Positions 25,761-34,535 of a DNA stretch of 41,881 nt are shown one piece after another (position 1 is the stretch's first letter; each line of letters starts with the position of its first letter). The stretch comes from a virus (lineage: Duplodnaviria; Caudoviricetes). The translations under genes and the position numbers were made by a program. The notes below the pieces were generated by a model. It was given only the letters and a program-made list of their open reading frames with translations, was not told the origin of the DNA and did not search any database. The stretch lies in IMG/VR virus record IMGVR_UViG_3300037760_000326, positions 1-41,881 of that record, one strand, 5' to 3'.

Positions 25761-26605
25761 CAGGGCACGTCCGTGGTGACGGCGATCGCCCAGACGCGCT
25801 GTCCGATCGTCGTGTTGAAGCCGAAGCGCACGAAGTAGGCGTTCATCAAGTCGTCCACGACCTCGGAGAGCCCGCTGATCGACAGGCTCTGCACGGCGGT
25901 GCCCGTGTTGTTCACCGTGCCCCCGATCTGGGTGTCGGCCCCGCCGGACTCCGAGGTCCGGTGCAGGGACATCTCGATGCGGTTGGACGCCGTGCCTTGC
26001 ACCAGCGCCGCCACGCTCAGGATGCGCTCGCCCTCGTCGATCACGATAGGCAGCAGCGCCGCCGTGCTCGCCGACGTCGTCTCGACGATCCCGTCGCCGC
26101 CGACGTTCTTGGTGATCGGGATATACGTACCAGCGCTCACCCCGGTGAGGGCCAGCGCGCTGTACTTGCGCACGCGTGGGCCGCGCTTCACCGAGCCGCC
26201 GACGGTGACGTCACCGCTCACCGCGATCGAGTCGACGTCCAGGTCGCGCGTGGTCTCGAGCTCGCCCGCGGCGGTGACCTGCAGGATCGACGTCGCGGCG
26301 GGCAGCGCCTCGGGCATGGTCAACGAGTAGGCCGCGGCCAGCCTGGTCGGGGAGCGCAGCTCGACGGCGCGCTCCACGTTCTTGCGAGGCTCGAACAGGC
26401 GGAGCGCTGCCACGTCGACGTTGGCGCGCACGCCGGGCTGGCGCTGGAAGTTGAACGTGCCTGCGTCGAACCCTGGCGCCGGCTTCGACGCCACCTTGTT
26501 GACCACGTCGCGGGTGGCGTCGAGCGCGCGGTCAACGCTGTCCTGCCCGGTGCGGATGGCCGGCGCCTGCAGGGCGCGTCGTGTGCGTGGGCGCGCCATC
26601 GTCAC
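25760..26605 (-). CDS. Tail-associated protein sharing a module with the neighbouring fibre
   Basis: Coupled on both sides. RSP..LAA.Y...P.ALPAA module. Confidence 0.65.
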   Translation of the reverse strand: MTMARPRTRRALQAPAIRTGQDSVDRALDATRDVVNKVASKPAPGFDAGTFNFQRQPGVRANVDVAALRLFEPRKNVERAVELRSPTRLAAAYSLTMPEALPAATSILQVTAAGELETTRDLDVDSIAVSGDVTVGGSVKRGPRVRKYSALALTGVSAGTYIPITKNVGGDGIVETTSASTAALLPIVIDEGERILSVAALVQGTASNRIEMSLHRTSESGGADTQIGGTVNNTGTAVQSLSISGLSEVVDDLMNAYFVRFGFNTTIGQRVWAIAVTTDVP

Positions 26606-27276
26606 CCCAGGAGCGGCCAGCCACGGCCATGGTCTACGAGGTACTCAGGGGTCGACTGGTCGCGTGCCTCGAGCGCGCTGAGCAGCCGGCGCTCGAGCCG
26701 CTGGATGTTGGCGGCGTGGTCCTGGGCCGGGCGCCGGTCGCGCTCGGCGGCGCGCAGGAGCGCGTGCTCGATGACCAGGTCCTCGTGCCCGTTGACGCCG
26801 TCGTAGACGTCGCCGTCGGCCACCAGCTTGGTGGCGTGCGGCAGGTACCACAGCCGGATGGTGTCCGCCGTGGTGGGGGTGGGCACGAGCCGCAGGTTGC
26901 CGGCCTGCAGCATGTAGCGGTACGGGGCCGCGTCCCAGCCCATGATCTGCAGGTCGCCGATCTCGGGCTCCTCGTCGATGTCGAACTCCATCAGCTTGAG
27001 CTTCGAGGAGCCCTGGATCTGGAGGGGCCGGCCGCGGAGCTTGAAGAAGTCGCCGGGCAGCGGGACGTCCTCGCTGCCCGGCGTGGTGGTGAGGTCCGGG
27101 TTAGTGCGCTTGAGCAGGAAGTCGGGGTTGTGCTTGACGATCAGCTCGTGGACCTCGGCGATGCCTGCGTTGATGAAGCCGTTCAGGATCGCGTCAGTGA
27201 GGCTTGCGCTGCGCCTGTAGCCGCCTCGGTTGCGGACGTCGGTGCGCAGCTGCAACAGTGACGCGGTCCACGCCAT
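26602..27276 (-). CDS. Head-tail adaptor (tail tubular A-like)
   Basis: LLQLRTDVR..., LPGDFFKLR, LRLVPTP...IRLWY motifs. Follows the capsid genes. Confidence 0.72.
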   Translation of the reverse strand: MAWTASLLQLRTDVRNRGGYRRSASLTDAILNGFINAGIAEVHELIVKHNPDFLLKRTNPDLTTTPGSEDVPLPGDFFKLRGRPLQIQGSSKLKLMEFDIDEEPEIGDLQIMGWDAAPYRYMLQAGNLRLVPTPTTADTIRLWYLPHATKLVADGDVYDGVNGHEDLVIEHALLRAAERDRRPAQDHAANIQRLERRLLSALEARDQSTPEYLVDHGRGWPLLG

Positions 27277-27277
27277 C

Positions 27278-27640
27278 TCAGCGCCTCGTCACCGTGGTGT
27301 TGGCGAACTCGAACCGGACATGCGCGACGGAGCCGTTGCCGTCGTCGAGCGCGTCGAGCAGCGTGTAGATGCGCAGGCTACCGGTCCCGGCCACCGGATC
27401 GATGACCGAGACGAACCCGCGCAGTCCGGCGGTTCCGACGAGAACGACATCGCCGAAGCGGAACTGCGGATACTTCCTCTTCAGGACGAAGTCGTAGAGC
27501 CCCTCACCGGTCCGCGTGACCGACGAAAAGATGCCCTCGACCGCAGTTGGAGCGGCGCCGTTCGCCGGTGTGAACTGGCCGAACTCGATCACGATGTCCT
27601 GCTCGCGAGCGCGAGCAACGTGCATGTCGCTGTTTGCCAT
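27278..27640 (-). CDS. Capsid decoration/cement-like protein
   Basis: SVTRTGEGLY motif, directly after the capsid gene, GAGG SD. Confidence 0.55.
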   Translation of the reverse strand: MANSDMHVARAREQDIVIEFGQFTPANGAAPTAVEGIFSSVTRTGEGLYDFVLKRKYPQFRFGDVVLVGTAGLRGFVSVIDPVAGTGSLRIYTLLDALDDGNGSVAHVRFEFANTTVTRR

Positions 27641-27649
27641 CGTCGTTCC

Positions 27650-28879
27650 TCAGGCCAGCTGCACCGGGGCGTTCCAGCCCGGCGCGCAGCAGAACAGGTT
27701 GCCGTAGCCGCCCACGCGAGCCTGGTAGGAGTCGCTGTTCTCCATCTGGTGCAGCAGGCCGGTCCGGTTCAGGAACTTCGGCATGTCGCCCAGCGAGCGC
27801 AGCTTCCAGGTGTTCCACTTCCCGACCATCATCTTGGTGGACGGGCACGCCCAGGACTTGCGCACGGTGACCATCTGGTCGCCGGCGACGATCTTGAACG
27901 TGTTGTAGCCGATGGTCTGCGTGCGGCTCGACGGGACCTGCGTGTTCTCGATCGTGGTCTTGCCCTGCGCGGCGAGGTAGAGCTCGCCGGCCGTGCGCGG
28001 GTTCATCATCACGAAGTCTGGCGTGACTCCGTGGTTGCCGAGCATGTTGACCACGTTGATCAGCACCTCGAACAGCGGCTCGCCGCGGCCGTCGTAGTAG
28101 ATGCCGGCGAGGCGATCCGGATCGTCGGAGCGGGTGACCGAGAAGAACGGCGTGCCCAGCGTGGTCCTGTCGATCGGGCACCAGTCGAAGAACCCGATCA
28201 GGCCCTTGCCGAAGTCGCCATGCTTGAACAGGAAGTCGACGTTGGTCTCACCGGTGAGCGTGGTGTCGATCTGCGTGGTGAACGTGACCGTGCCGGCCTG
28301 CCGCTGCACGCTGGCCACGGTGAGCGGGCCGCCGGCGCGCACCGCACCCGAGGTGCCGTCGGTGCCGGCCCAGTCGATCGTCTGGCCCTTGTAGAAGCCG
28401 AACGCGTCGGCCGGGTCGTCGAGCACCACCGTGGTGCTGGCGAGCACGGTCGCCGTGCTGCTGCGGCCGAGCCATCCGCCGCGGCCGCGGAACAGCTTCG
28501 TCTCCATGCGGTTGGTGGCCGCCTTGAACTTCCGGTCGATCTCGTCGATGGCCCGCGCGAACGCGTCCTTGTCGTTCGCCGAGGCCTCGATGGTCTCGTT
28601 GTCGAGCAGCGCGATCTCGTAGATCTTCTGCCGGAGGATCGGGATGAACTCCTCCGGGATGGACGCCTGGCTCTCCGAGATGGACAGCGCGATGTCGGCC
28701 GAGCCGCCGCCGCCGATCTGGTAGATCAGCCCCTGCGAGAGGTGCCGCCCGCCCGCCTTGGTGTCCTTGGCGATGGACCCCAGCGTCGGGTTCTCGAGGT
28801 CGGAGAGGTTGTAGAGACGGTCGTTGGTGTAGTGAACGTAGAGCGCGTCGTTCCACGCGCTGAGGTCAACGGTTGCCAC
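27650..28879 (-). CDS. Major capsid protein
   Basis: 409 aa after portal and scaffold, AAGGAG SD, C-terminal ARVGGYGNLFCCAPGWN typical of HK97-fold capsids. Confidence 0.82.
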   Translation of the reverse strand: MATVDLSAWNDALYVHYTNDRLYNLSDLENPTLGSIAKDTKAGGRHLSQGLIYQIGGGGSADIALSISESQASIPEEFIPILRQKIYEIALLDNETIEASANDKDAFARAIDEIDRKFKAATNRMETKLFRGRGGWLGRSSTATVLASTTVVLDDPADAFGFYKGQTIDWAGTDGTSGAVRAGGPLTVASVQRQAGTVTFTTQIDTTLTGETNVDFLFKHGDFGKGLIGFFDWCPIDRTTLGTPFFSVTRSDDPDRLAGIYYDGRGEPLFEVLINVVNMLGNHGVTPDFVMMNPRTAGELYLAAQGKTTIENTQVPSSRTQTIGYNTFKIVAGDQMVTVRKSWACPSTKMMVGKWNTWKLRSLGDMPKFLNRTGLLHQMENSDSYQARVGGYGNLFCCAPGWNAPVQLA

Positions 28880-28901
28880 GGGTCACTCCTTCGGTGACCC
28901 G
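28879..28901 (-). promoter_or_regulatory. 8-bp hairpin enclosing the capsid ribosome-binding site
   Basis: mRNA CGGGUCAC-CGAAGGA-GUGACCCG, where the last G is the first base of the GUG start. Confidence 0.6.
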
Positions 28902-28915
28902 CTCGTCACGCGTGC

Positions 28916-29887
28916 TTACGTCTGCCGGTGCCTCTCCTGGAGCAGGCGCCACGCCGCGTCGATCGATTCATCTCGATCGGTGATGGGCTGAGGCGTCTGC
29001 AGGTCTGGAGCGGTGGCAGCGTCTGCGTTGGTGAGCGACTTCCGCGACCCGTTCTGGCTGGACGGCGTCTCTGGCTGGTTGGAGCCGCTCGCGCCTTGCG
29101 GTGCGAGCAGGTTCTGGTAGCGGTTTTTCTTCTTCTCGAAGATGGGTTGGAAGTACTGGTTTGCGAGCTTTGCCGCCGCCTCTGGCTCGGGCGGCTCCTC
29201 GCCTCGCTCGATGGCCTCGACCATGATGTCCCAGACGACCTGGGCGGGGTTGTCCGCCTCGGCCATCAGGAACGGGTAGTCGCTGGTCTTCTCGAGCAAG
29301 GCTCCGACGCTTTCGACCGCGGCAGAGACCCGGCGTTCCCGGTCCTGCGAGGTCCACTGCTCGTACTCGGCCTGGGTGGTCGCCCGCTCTTGCTTCAGCT
29401 CCTCGAGCTCACGCTTGAGGGTGGCGATCTCTCGCTCGGTCCGTGCCGCTACGTTCTGAGGTGAGTCTACTCCAAGGATCTGAGAGGTGAGCTGGTCGTA
29501 GAGCTTGGGCAGGTGCTCCTTGACCTTGGCGGCGTCTCCGGCTGCGACGCTCATGAACTCGTGGAACGCGCCGGCATGGTCGCCGGACTCCCACAGCTTC
29601 TGCGCGCGCGTCACCGCGGCCAGGGCGGGCTCGGCGCCCTTGTAGGTCTCGGCGCGGGCGTCGAGCTCGCGCTTCTCCTTCATCAGCTTCGCCAGGGAAG
29701 CCGCGTCGCGCCGCTTCATGACGGCGTCGGCGTAGTCCGGCGCGGCCGGTTCGGCGGGATCCTGGGCCAGCTGGTCGCCGCTGGCGGGCTGCTGGGTCGC
29801 AGCAGGAGCCGCCGGCGCGGGTGCGGGAGCCTGCGCCTCCGCGCCGGCGGGCGCCGCTGGAGTCGTGATCTGTGCTTCGTCGGCCAT
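28916..29887 (-). CDS. Scaffolding protein
   Basis: Acidic, Pro/Ala N-terminus with coiled coils, located between portal and capsid. Confidence 0.75.
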   Translation of the reverse strand: MADEAQITTPAAPAGAEAQAPAPAPAAPAATQQPASGDQLAQDPAEPAAPDYADAVMKRRDAASLAKLMKEKRELDARAETYKGAEPALAAVTRAQKLWESGDHAGAFHEFMSVAAGDAAKVKEHLPKLYDQLTSQILGVDSPQNVAARTEREIATLKRELEELKQERATTQAEYEQWTSQDRERRVSAAVESVGALLEKTSDYPFLMAEADNPAQVVWDIMVEAIERGEEPPEPEAAAKLANQYFQPIFEKKKNRYQNLLAPQGASGSNQPETPSSQNGSRKSLTNADAATAPDLQTPQPITDRDESIDAAWRLLQERHRQT

Positions 29888-31872
29888 CAGGCTGCCATCA
29901 TTCCTGCCCCGGCCACCGGCATCTCACCCGACATGCCCGGCGGCCCGGCCATCGGCGGCCCCGGCGGCGGGCCCATGGGCGCCATGCCCGGGTCCATCGG
30001 CGGGGCCATGCCCGGTGCGCCCATCATGGCCGGGTCGGCAGGCATTGCCTGCGGGGCTGGCGCGCCCTTCGTGAGCGCGGCGTCGACCAGCGTGCACCAC
30101 AGTGCGCAGCGCTCGATGACGCCGCGTGGCGACTTCTCGGCCAGCTGCTGCAGCTTGAGCGCCTTGGCCACGTCCATGAGCAGCTGCAGGTCGGCGTCCG
30201 GGTCCGGGGTCGGCACGACCGCGCTCTTGTCCTCGATCACGTCGCCGTCCTCGTCGATCTCGCAGTCGAGGACATCCCCCATGCACGCGATGGCGTACTC
30301 GACCGGCGCGTTGCGGATCATGTTCGCCTGCTCGAGGTCGGGGAAGTCGAGCATGGCCGGCGCCCACTTCGGGTCGAGGAACCCATTCGCGATGAGCTGC
30401 TCGATGGCCTGCATCTTTCCGCTGCGCGTCTTGGGCAGATAGCCGGCGGCCTCGAGCCGGATCTGGTAGCGGTCGTCGTCGAGGTGACCGGTGTTGACGT
30501 CGGACCACTTCACTCGCTCGATGACCGAGCGGCGCACCCACTTGACCTCGCGCTCCTGGAAGCCCTTGTCCTCGGACAGGTCCTTGGCCGCGTCGATGAT
30601 GAGCGCGCCGGTGTCGCGCCACAGCCGCGCGTAGCTCAGCTCGAGCTGGCTGAAGCGCTCCGACTCGATGTCGTAGAACTCGGACAGGGCCGCGCCGCTC
30701 GCGCCGGCGCCCAGCGGGTTCTTGCTCTGCGCCATCAGCTGCGAGACGCCGCTCACCTCGTACATCTGCTGAATGAGCCACTGCAGGAACTGGAACTGCG
30801 CCGGGCTGAAGCCGTCGGGCGCCTCCCACGCGATGTCGCCGGGGTTGTCCACCTCGATGAAGTGCGGGTGCTTGCCGGGCACGCGCTTCTTGTTGATGTC
30901 GGCGCCGCGGCGCGTGATGACCTTGACCGCGCTGGTGAAGTAGATGTTCTCCATCAGGTCGCGCGCGATCTCGTTGACCTTGAACTGCAGTGCGGCCAGC
31001 TCGTCGACCAGGCTGCATCCCCAGAAGCCGCGCTGCGGCGGGCTCCAGCGGATCCACGCAACGGGGAAGCGCGGCCGCTTCCACGGTTCCTTGACCAGCA
31101 CCTGCTCGCGGATGCTGATGACGCGCACGCCGTCGTCGGCGTCCTTGTGGGACGGCAGGTGCCACGACTCGGTGACGTCGAGCATGTTCGTCTCGCCGCC
31201 GATGCCGGTCTCGACGTCGCCCAGCTCGCCCATGCGCTTGCGGGCTACCTCGGCGTTGCGGATGGCGCCCGCGTGATCAGGGAAGTCGCGGATCAGGACC
31301 TCGCGCGCGACCTGCTTGACGTGGTGCATCTGGCGCGGCTTGCCGTAGCGAGCTTCTCTCGAGTCCACGCGGAACTCGTCCACCGGGATGCGGTCGGCGA
31401 CGATGTCTCCGTTGTGGGCCACGACCTTGAGCGCGCCAGCGCGCGTGACCAGCGCGGCGCGCAGCGCGAGCGGAGCCTCGGCCTGGATGTCGAGCTGCTC
31501 CATCTCGCCTCCGATGACCTTGTCGAGCAGCTTCGCCTGCTGGCGCTGCCCCCAGTCGGCGCCGTCGGCGGGCACGCGGATGGCCGGCTGGTTGTTGCCG
31601 ATGCGCGCCACCAGGGCGTCCACGATCTGGCGCGTGAAGTTGAGATCCGCGGCCTGGAAGCCGAGCGTGCGGAACAGGGCGAGCAGGTCGCCGCGGCGCC
31701 CTCCGCCAGCGCCGACGTTGCTCGAGTAGATGGCCTCGTTGACCTGGTCGCGCGCGATGCGGTTGCGCTCTCGCTGCTCGAGGGCGTTGACGTGCTGCCA
31801 GATGGCGTCGGCCATCGCGCCTTCACCGAGGGCCCACCAGTGCGAGGCGGCGCGTGCGTCCATCTCGGCCAT
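29887..31872 (-). CDS. Portal protein
   Basis: 661 aa after TerL, GFWGCSLVDEL and YEVSGVS..ASG.A motifs, Pro/Met-rich tail. Confidence 0.82.
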   Translation of the reverse strand: MAEMDARAASHWWALGEGAMADAIWQHVNALEQRERNRIARDQVNEAIYSSNVGAGGGRRGDLLALFRTLGFQAADLNFTRQIVDALVARIGNNQPAIRVPADGADWGQRQQAKLLDKVIGGEMEQLDIQAEAPLALRAALVTRAGALKVVAHNGDIVADRIPVDEFRVDSREARYGKPRQMHHVKQVAREVLIRDFPDHAGAIRNAEVARKRMGELGDVETGIGGETNMLDVTESWHLPSHKDADDGVRVISIREQVLVKEPWKRPRFPVAWIRWSPPQRGFWGCSLVDELAALQFKVNEIARDLMENIYFTSAVKVITRRGADINKKRVPGKHPHFIEVDNPGDIAWEAPDGFSPAQFQFLQWLIQQMYEVSGVSQLMAQSKNPLGAGASGAALSEFYDIESERFSQLELSYARLWRDTGALIIDAAKDLSEDKGFQEREVKWVRRSVIERVKWSDVNTGHLDDDRYQIRLEAAGYLPKTRSGKMQAIEQLIANGFLDPKWAPAMLDFPDLEQANMIRNAPVEYAIACMGDVLDCEIDEDGDVIEDKSAVVPTPDPDADLQLLMDVAKALKLQQLAEKSPRGVIERCALWCTLVDAALTKGAPAPQAMPADPAMMGAPGMAPPMDPGMAPMGPPPGPPMAGPPGMSGEMPVAGAGMMAA

Positions 31873-32087
31873 CAGGCTTGCGCCTCCTCGTCGTCGTCCT
31901 CGCTGTAGTCGATGCCGAGCCGCTGCGCGAACGCCTCGTGTGCGCTGCGCGCGGGGGGGGCCTGCGCGGGCGGCGGATCACCCATATCGGTGAGCACGAG
32001 CCGCACGCCATCAGCCTCGATCTCGCGCACGTTGAAGCGGTTCTGGCGGCACCAGAGCAGCCACGTCTTGAGGTCGTGCTCGCCCAT
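31872..32087 (-). CDS. Small protein between TerL and portal
   Basis: GGAGG SD, MGEHDLKTWLLWCRQN..., coupled on both sides. Confidence 0.65.
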   Translation of the reverse strand: MGEHDLKTWLLWCRQNRFNVREIEADGVRLVLTDMGDPPPAQAPPARSAHEAFAQRLGIDYSEDDDEEAQA

Positions 32088-33733
32088 CACAGCACCTCCG
32101 CGTAGTACGAGTCGGGCTCCTGCTCGAGCTCGTCGAGCGCGTCCTGCTCGAGCTGCTGCTCCAGCGCGCGGTAGTGCTCGTCGGTGCCCGGCTTGGGCTT
32201 CTCGGGCTCGCGCTTCGCCAGGTGAGCGAACGTGTGCCTGTGGCCGTACAGCCCCGCGTCGGTGATGTCGTTCGGGATCGCCGGGTCCTCCTCGAGCTTG
32301 CCCTTCTCGCCGACGGCCTTGGGGAGCCAGCGGACGCGCTTGAGCTGCTCGTGGAGCGGCGAGCCGCGGCGCACGCGCATGCGGCCCTTGCGGATGTCGG
32401 TGTTGAACAGCTGCTGGGCGTCGTACTTGTGGTGCTTCTCGACCTCGACGATCCCGTAGCCGAACCGCTCGTTCCAGCGCTTGGACCAGCCCTTGCCCGT
32501 AGAGCGGTTCGCACCGCCGACGTCGCCGGTGACGATGCTGGGCGGCGCGTGTCCAGCGACCATCATCAGGTGCGCAAGCTGGTCGTCCGAGTCCATCTCG
32601 GTCTGCGCCCAGCTGGCTACCTCGAGCAGCTCGGGCCACTTCCACGACCACGCCCACAGCACGTACGCGAACGGGTCGGGCAGATAGCCGAGGTCGGCGG
32701 CGAGCGTGAACCGCCAGTCGTATCCCTCCGGCAGGTCCCTGAGCGCGGTCTCGAAGTCGACAACGCCGCCCTCGAGAAAGAGCAGCTTGCCGCTCCTGGG
32801 ATCGCGTCGCCACGTGGGCTCGGTGAGCCACCGCGGCGGCGCGTAGCAGAGCTGGTGCTCGGGCACCTGGTGCACGGCGTAGGTGAAGCGGGCATCCTCC
32901 TTCACCCACTTGCCGAACCACTCGCGCTGCACCTCGGGGGCGTCGAGCGCGAGCCCCTGCTCGCGGCAGTACCTCGCCACGGTGCGCTCGAAGCGCTCCT
33001 CGGACGTCGCGCCGAAGAACGGATTGGACAGCACGTTGAGCACGTGCACGGACCATCCGGCGGCGGGCTCGTCCTCGTTGGTGACGTCGTAGAACAGGCC
33101 GGACAGGTCGATGCCGGGGGTGCCTGGCATGAAGATCTGCCCGCCGTGGTCCATCATGGCCGGGCCGAGCGAGTCGCGAATCAGCTCGGTGAGGTGCGGC
33201 GCCTTCTGCGCCTCGTCGATGACGACCAGGTGCGGGGCGATGCCGCGGAGCTTCGCGATCTGTCGCCTGTCGTCGGCGCCGACCAGGCGGATCATCCCGC
33301 CGTTGGGGAACGTGAGCGTGTGCTTCGAGTGGTTGGGCGTGCCGCCGAGCTGGTAGTGCTCGTTGAGCGTGAGCAGGCCGTCGCGGCCGTTGCCGAGCCA
33401 GGCGATGGCCTCGCACTCGGGGAGCGTCTCGTTGATGTAGATGACGCGCGCGTGCGCGATGGCGGTCGCCGCGTCGACCATCTTGCGAATGAACGAGCGG
33501 CTCTTGCCGGAGCGGCGCGTGCCGCGCACGGCGACGAGCGGGGCCGGGTCGTCGATGCAGGCTCGCGCCTCCGGGTGCACGTCGGAGAGCAGCTGCTCGA
33601 CGCGCTTGCGCACGCCGCCGGAGTCGTCGCTGGCCTCGATGCGCGCGGCCTCGCGGCGGGCCAGCTCGAGCTCCAGCTCGTCGGCGCTGCCCAGGTTGGC
33701 GATCAGCGCGACCATGGCCATCGTCGCGCGCAT
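32087..33733 (-). CDS. terL: Terminase large subunit
   Basis: Walker A GTRRSGKS, Walker B LVVIDEAQ, GTP coupling motif, RNase H-like ADLGYLPDP and NDITDAGLY. Confidence 0.92.
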   Translation of the reverse strand: MRATMAMVALIANLGSADELELELARREAARIEASDDSGGVRKRVEQLLSDVHPEARACIDDPAPLVAVRGTRRSGKSRSFIRKMVDAATAIAHARVIYINETLPECEAIAWLGNGRDGLLTLNEHYQLGGTPNHSKHTLTFPNGGMIRLVGADDRRQIAKLRGIAPHLVVIDEAQKAPHLTELIRDSLGPAMMDHGGQIFMPGTPGIDLSGLFYDVTNEDEPAAGWSVHVLNVLSNPFFGATSEERFERTVARYCREQGLALDAPEVQREWFGKWVKEDARFTYAVHQVPEHQLCYAPPRWLTEPTWRRDPRSGKLLFLEGGVVDFETALRDLPEGYDWRFTLAADLGYLPDPFAYVLWAWSWKWPELLEVASWAQTEMDSDDQLAHLMMVAGHAPPSIVTGDVGGANRSTGKGWSKRWNERFGYGIVEVEKHHKYDAQQLFNTDIRKGRMRVRRGSPLHEQLKRVRWLPKAVGEKGKLEEDPAIPNDITDAGLYGHRHTFAHLAKREPEKPKPGTDEHYRALEQQLEQDALDELEQEPDSYYAEVL

Positions 33734-33786
33734 CAGCTGGCCGGCTGGAGGTGCTTGCGCGGGACGTTCTTGATGGTCTGGGCCAC
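33733..33786 (-). CDS. 17-aa micro-ORF MAQTIKNVPRKHLQPAS
   Basis: Fills the gap almost exactly. GTG one nt after the upstream TGA, purine-rich SD, TGATG overlap with terL. Confidence 0.45.
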   Translation of the reverse strand: MAQTIKNVPRKHLQPAS

Positions 33787-33787
33787 T

Positions 33788-34039
33788 TCACTTCCCCTTC
33801 GGCGCCGGCTTGTCGCGCACGGTGGCCTTGCGATCGGCCTCGGGCCAGTGCTCGTCGGTGTCGCGCTTGGGCCGGGGCACACCCGGCGGCGGCGTTCCCT
33901 GCGGAGCGCGCCTGGGCGCCGGAAGCTCCTCGGTGGGGATGGCCTCGGGCATGGGCGGCGCGGGCGGCGGCGCAGGTGCCAGAGGCTCGGGCACGTGCAG
34001 CGAGTCGAACGTGGTGGGGTCCTTCACGCCCTTGCTCAT
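33788..34039 (-). CDS. Pro-rich hypothetical protein
   Basis: GGAGG SD and ATGA overlap. Confidence 0.55.
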   Translation of the reverse strand: MSKGVKDPTTFDSLHVPEPLAPAPPPAPPMPEAIPTEELPAPRRAPQGTPPPGVPRPKRDTDEHWPEADRKATVRDKPAPKGK

Positions 34040-34230
34040 GGGGGGGCCTCCCTGGTGATGACGCAGCTGGAGCGCGGCACCTCGATGGTTCGGCCCTCGC
34101 CCTCGAACAGCACGGCCTGGCCCTTGACGGTGCAGGTCCAGCCCGGCCACTCGGCCGGCTTGAACGCCTGCTTGGCCCGGGTCTGCGGGCCCAGGACGGT
34201 TACAGAAATGAAATCCACGCGAACGATCAT
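34036..34230 (-). CDS. Hypothetical protein (64 aa)
   Basis: Coupled on both sides. Confidence 0.6.
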   Translation of the reverse strand: MIVRVDFISVTVLGPQTRAKQAFKPAEWPGWTCTVKGQAVLFEGEGRTIEVPRSSCVITREAPP

Positions 34231-34484
34231 CGGGGTGGCCAGGTCCAGTGGCCGCGCGCGTACTCGGAAGAGAACGGTACGTCCTGCATGAAGAAGTCGC
34301 CCGTCTCGTAGAAAACATGCAGCGATACGAACGCGCCGGTCTCCTCCGAGTGATTGCTGCCATCCGTCGGTGCGGGCCGGGGGCTAACCTTCGTGATCAG
34401 TGCGGCCTGCTGCTCGGGCGGATATCGCCCGTCCTTGTCGCCCAGGTTGGTGTAGTGGACGATGCGGCCGACGGTAGGCTTCAT
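34227..34484 (-). CDS. Small phage protein of the MKPTVGRIVHY type
   Basis: PTVGRIVHY...AALIT...WTWPPR signature, recognised as common in phages. Confidence 0.75.
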   Translation of the reverse strand: MKPTVGRIVHYTNLGDKDGRYPPEQQAALITKVSPRPAPTDGSNHSEETGAFVSLHVFYETGDFFMQDVPFSSEYARGHWTWPPR

Positions 34485-34534
34485 CAGTAGCCGCCCTGCT
34501 TGGGCGGGCGCTTCGGTGGGCGCTTCTTGGCCAT
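34484..34534 (-). CDS. 16-aa basic Pro-rich micro-ORF MAKKRPPKRPPKQGGY
   Basis: GGAGG SD at canonical spacing and TGATG overlap with the next gene. Confidence 0.5.
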   Translation of the reverse strand: MAKKRPPKRPPKQGGY

Positions 34535-34535
34535 G

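Noticed and set aside
31872-33791. 639-aa alternative-frame ORF over terL
   Set aside because: Arg/Ala/Pro-rich off-frame translation. Only its last 71 codons (from 32087) have an SD and look like a real gene.
13386-34291. Very long plus-strand ORFs (e.g. 13386..15974, 18987..22214, 27230..28897, 29872..31908, 32174..34291)
   Set aside because: Antisense shadows of high-GC genes with no motifs. The minus-strand frames carry the recognisable domains and coupling.
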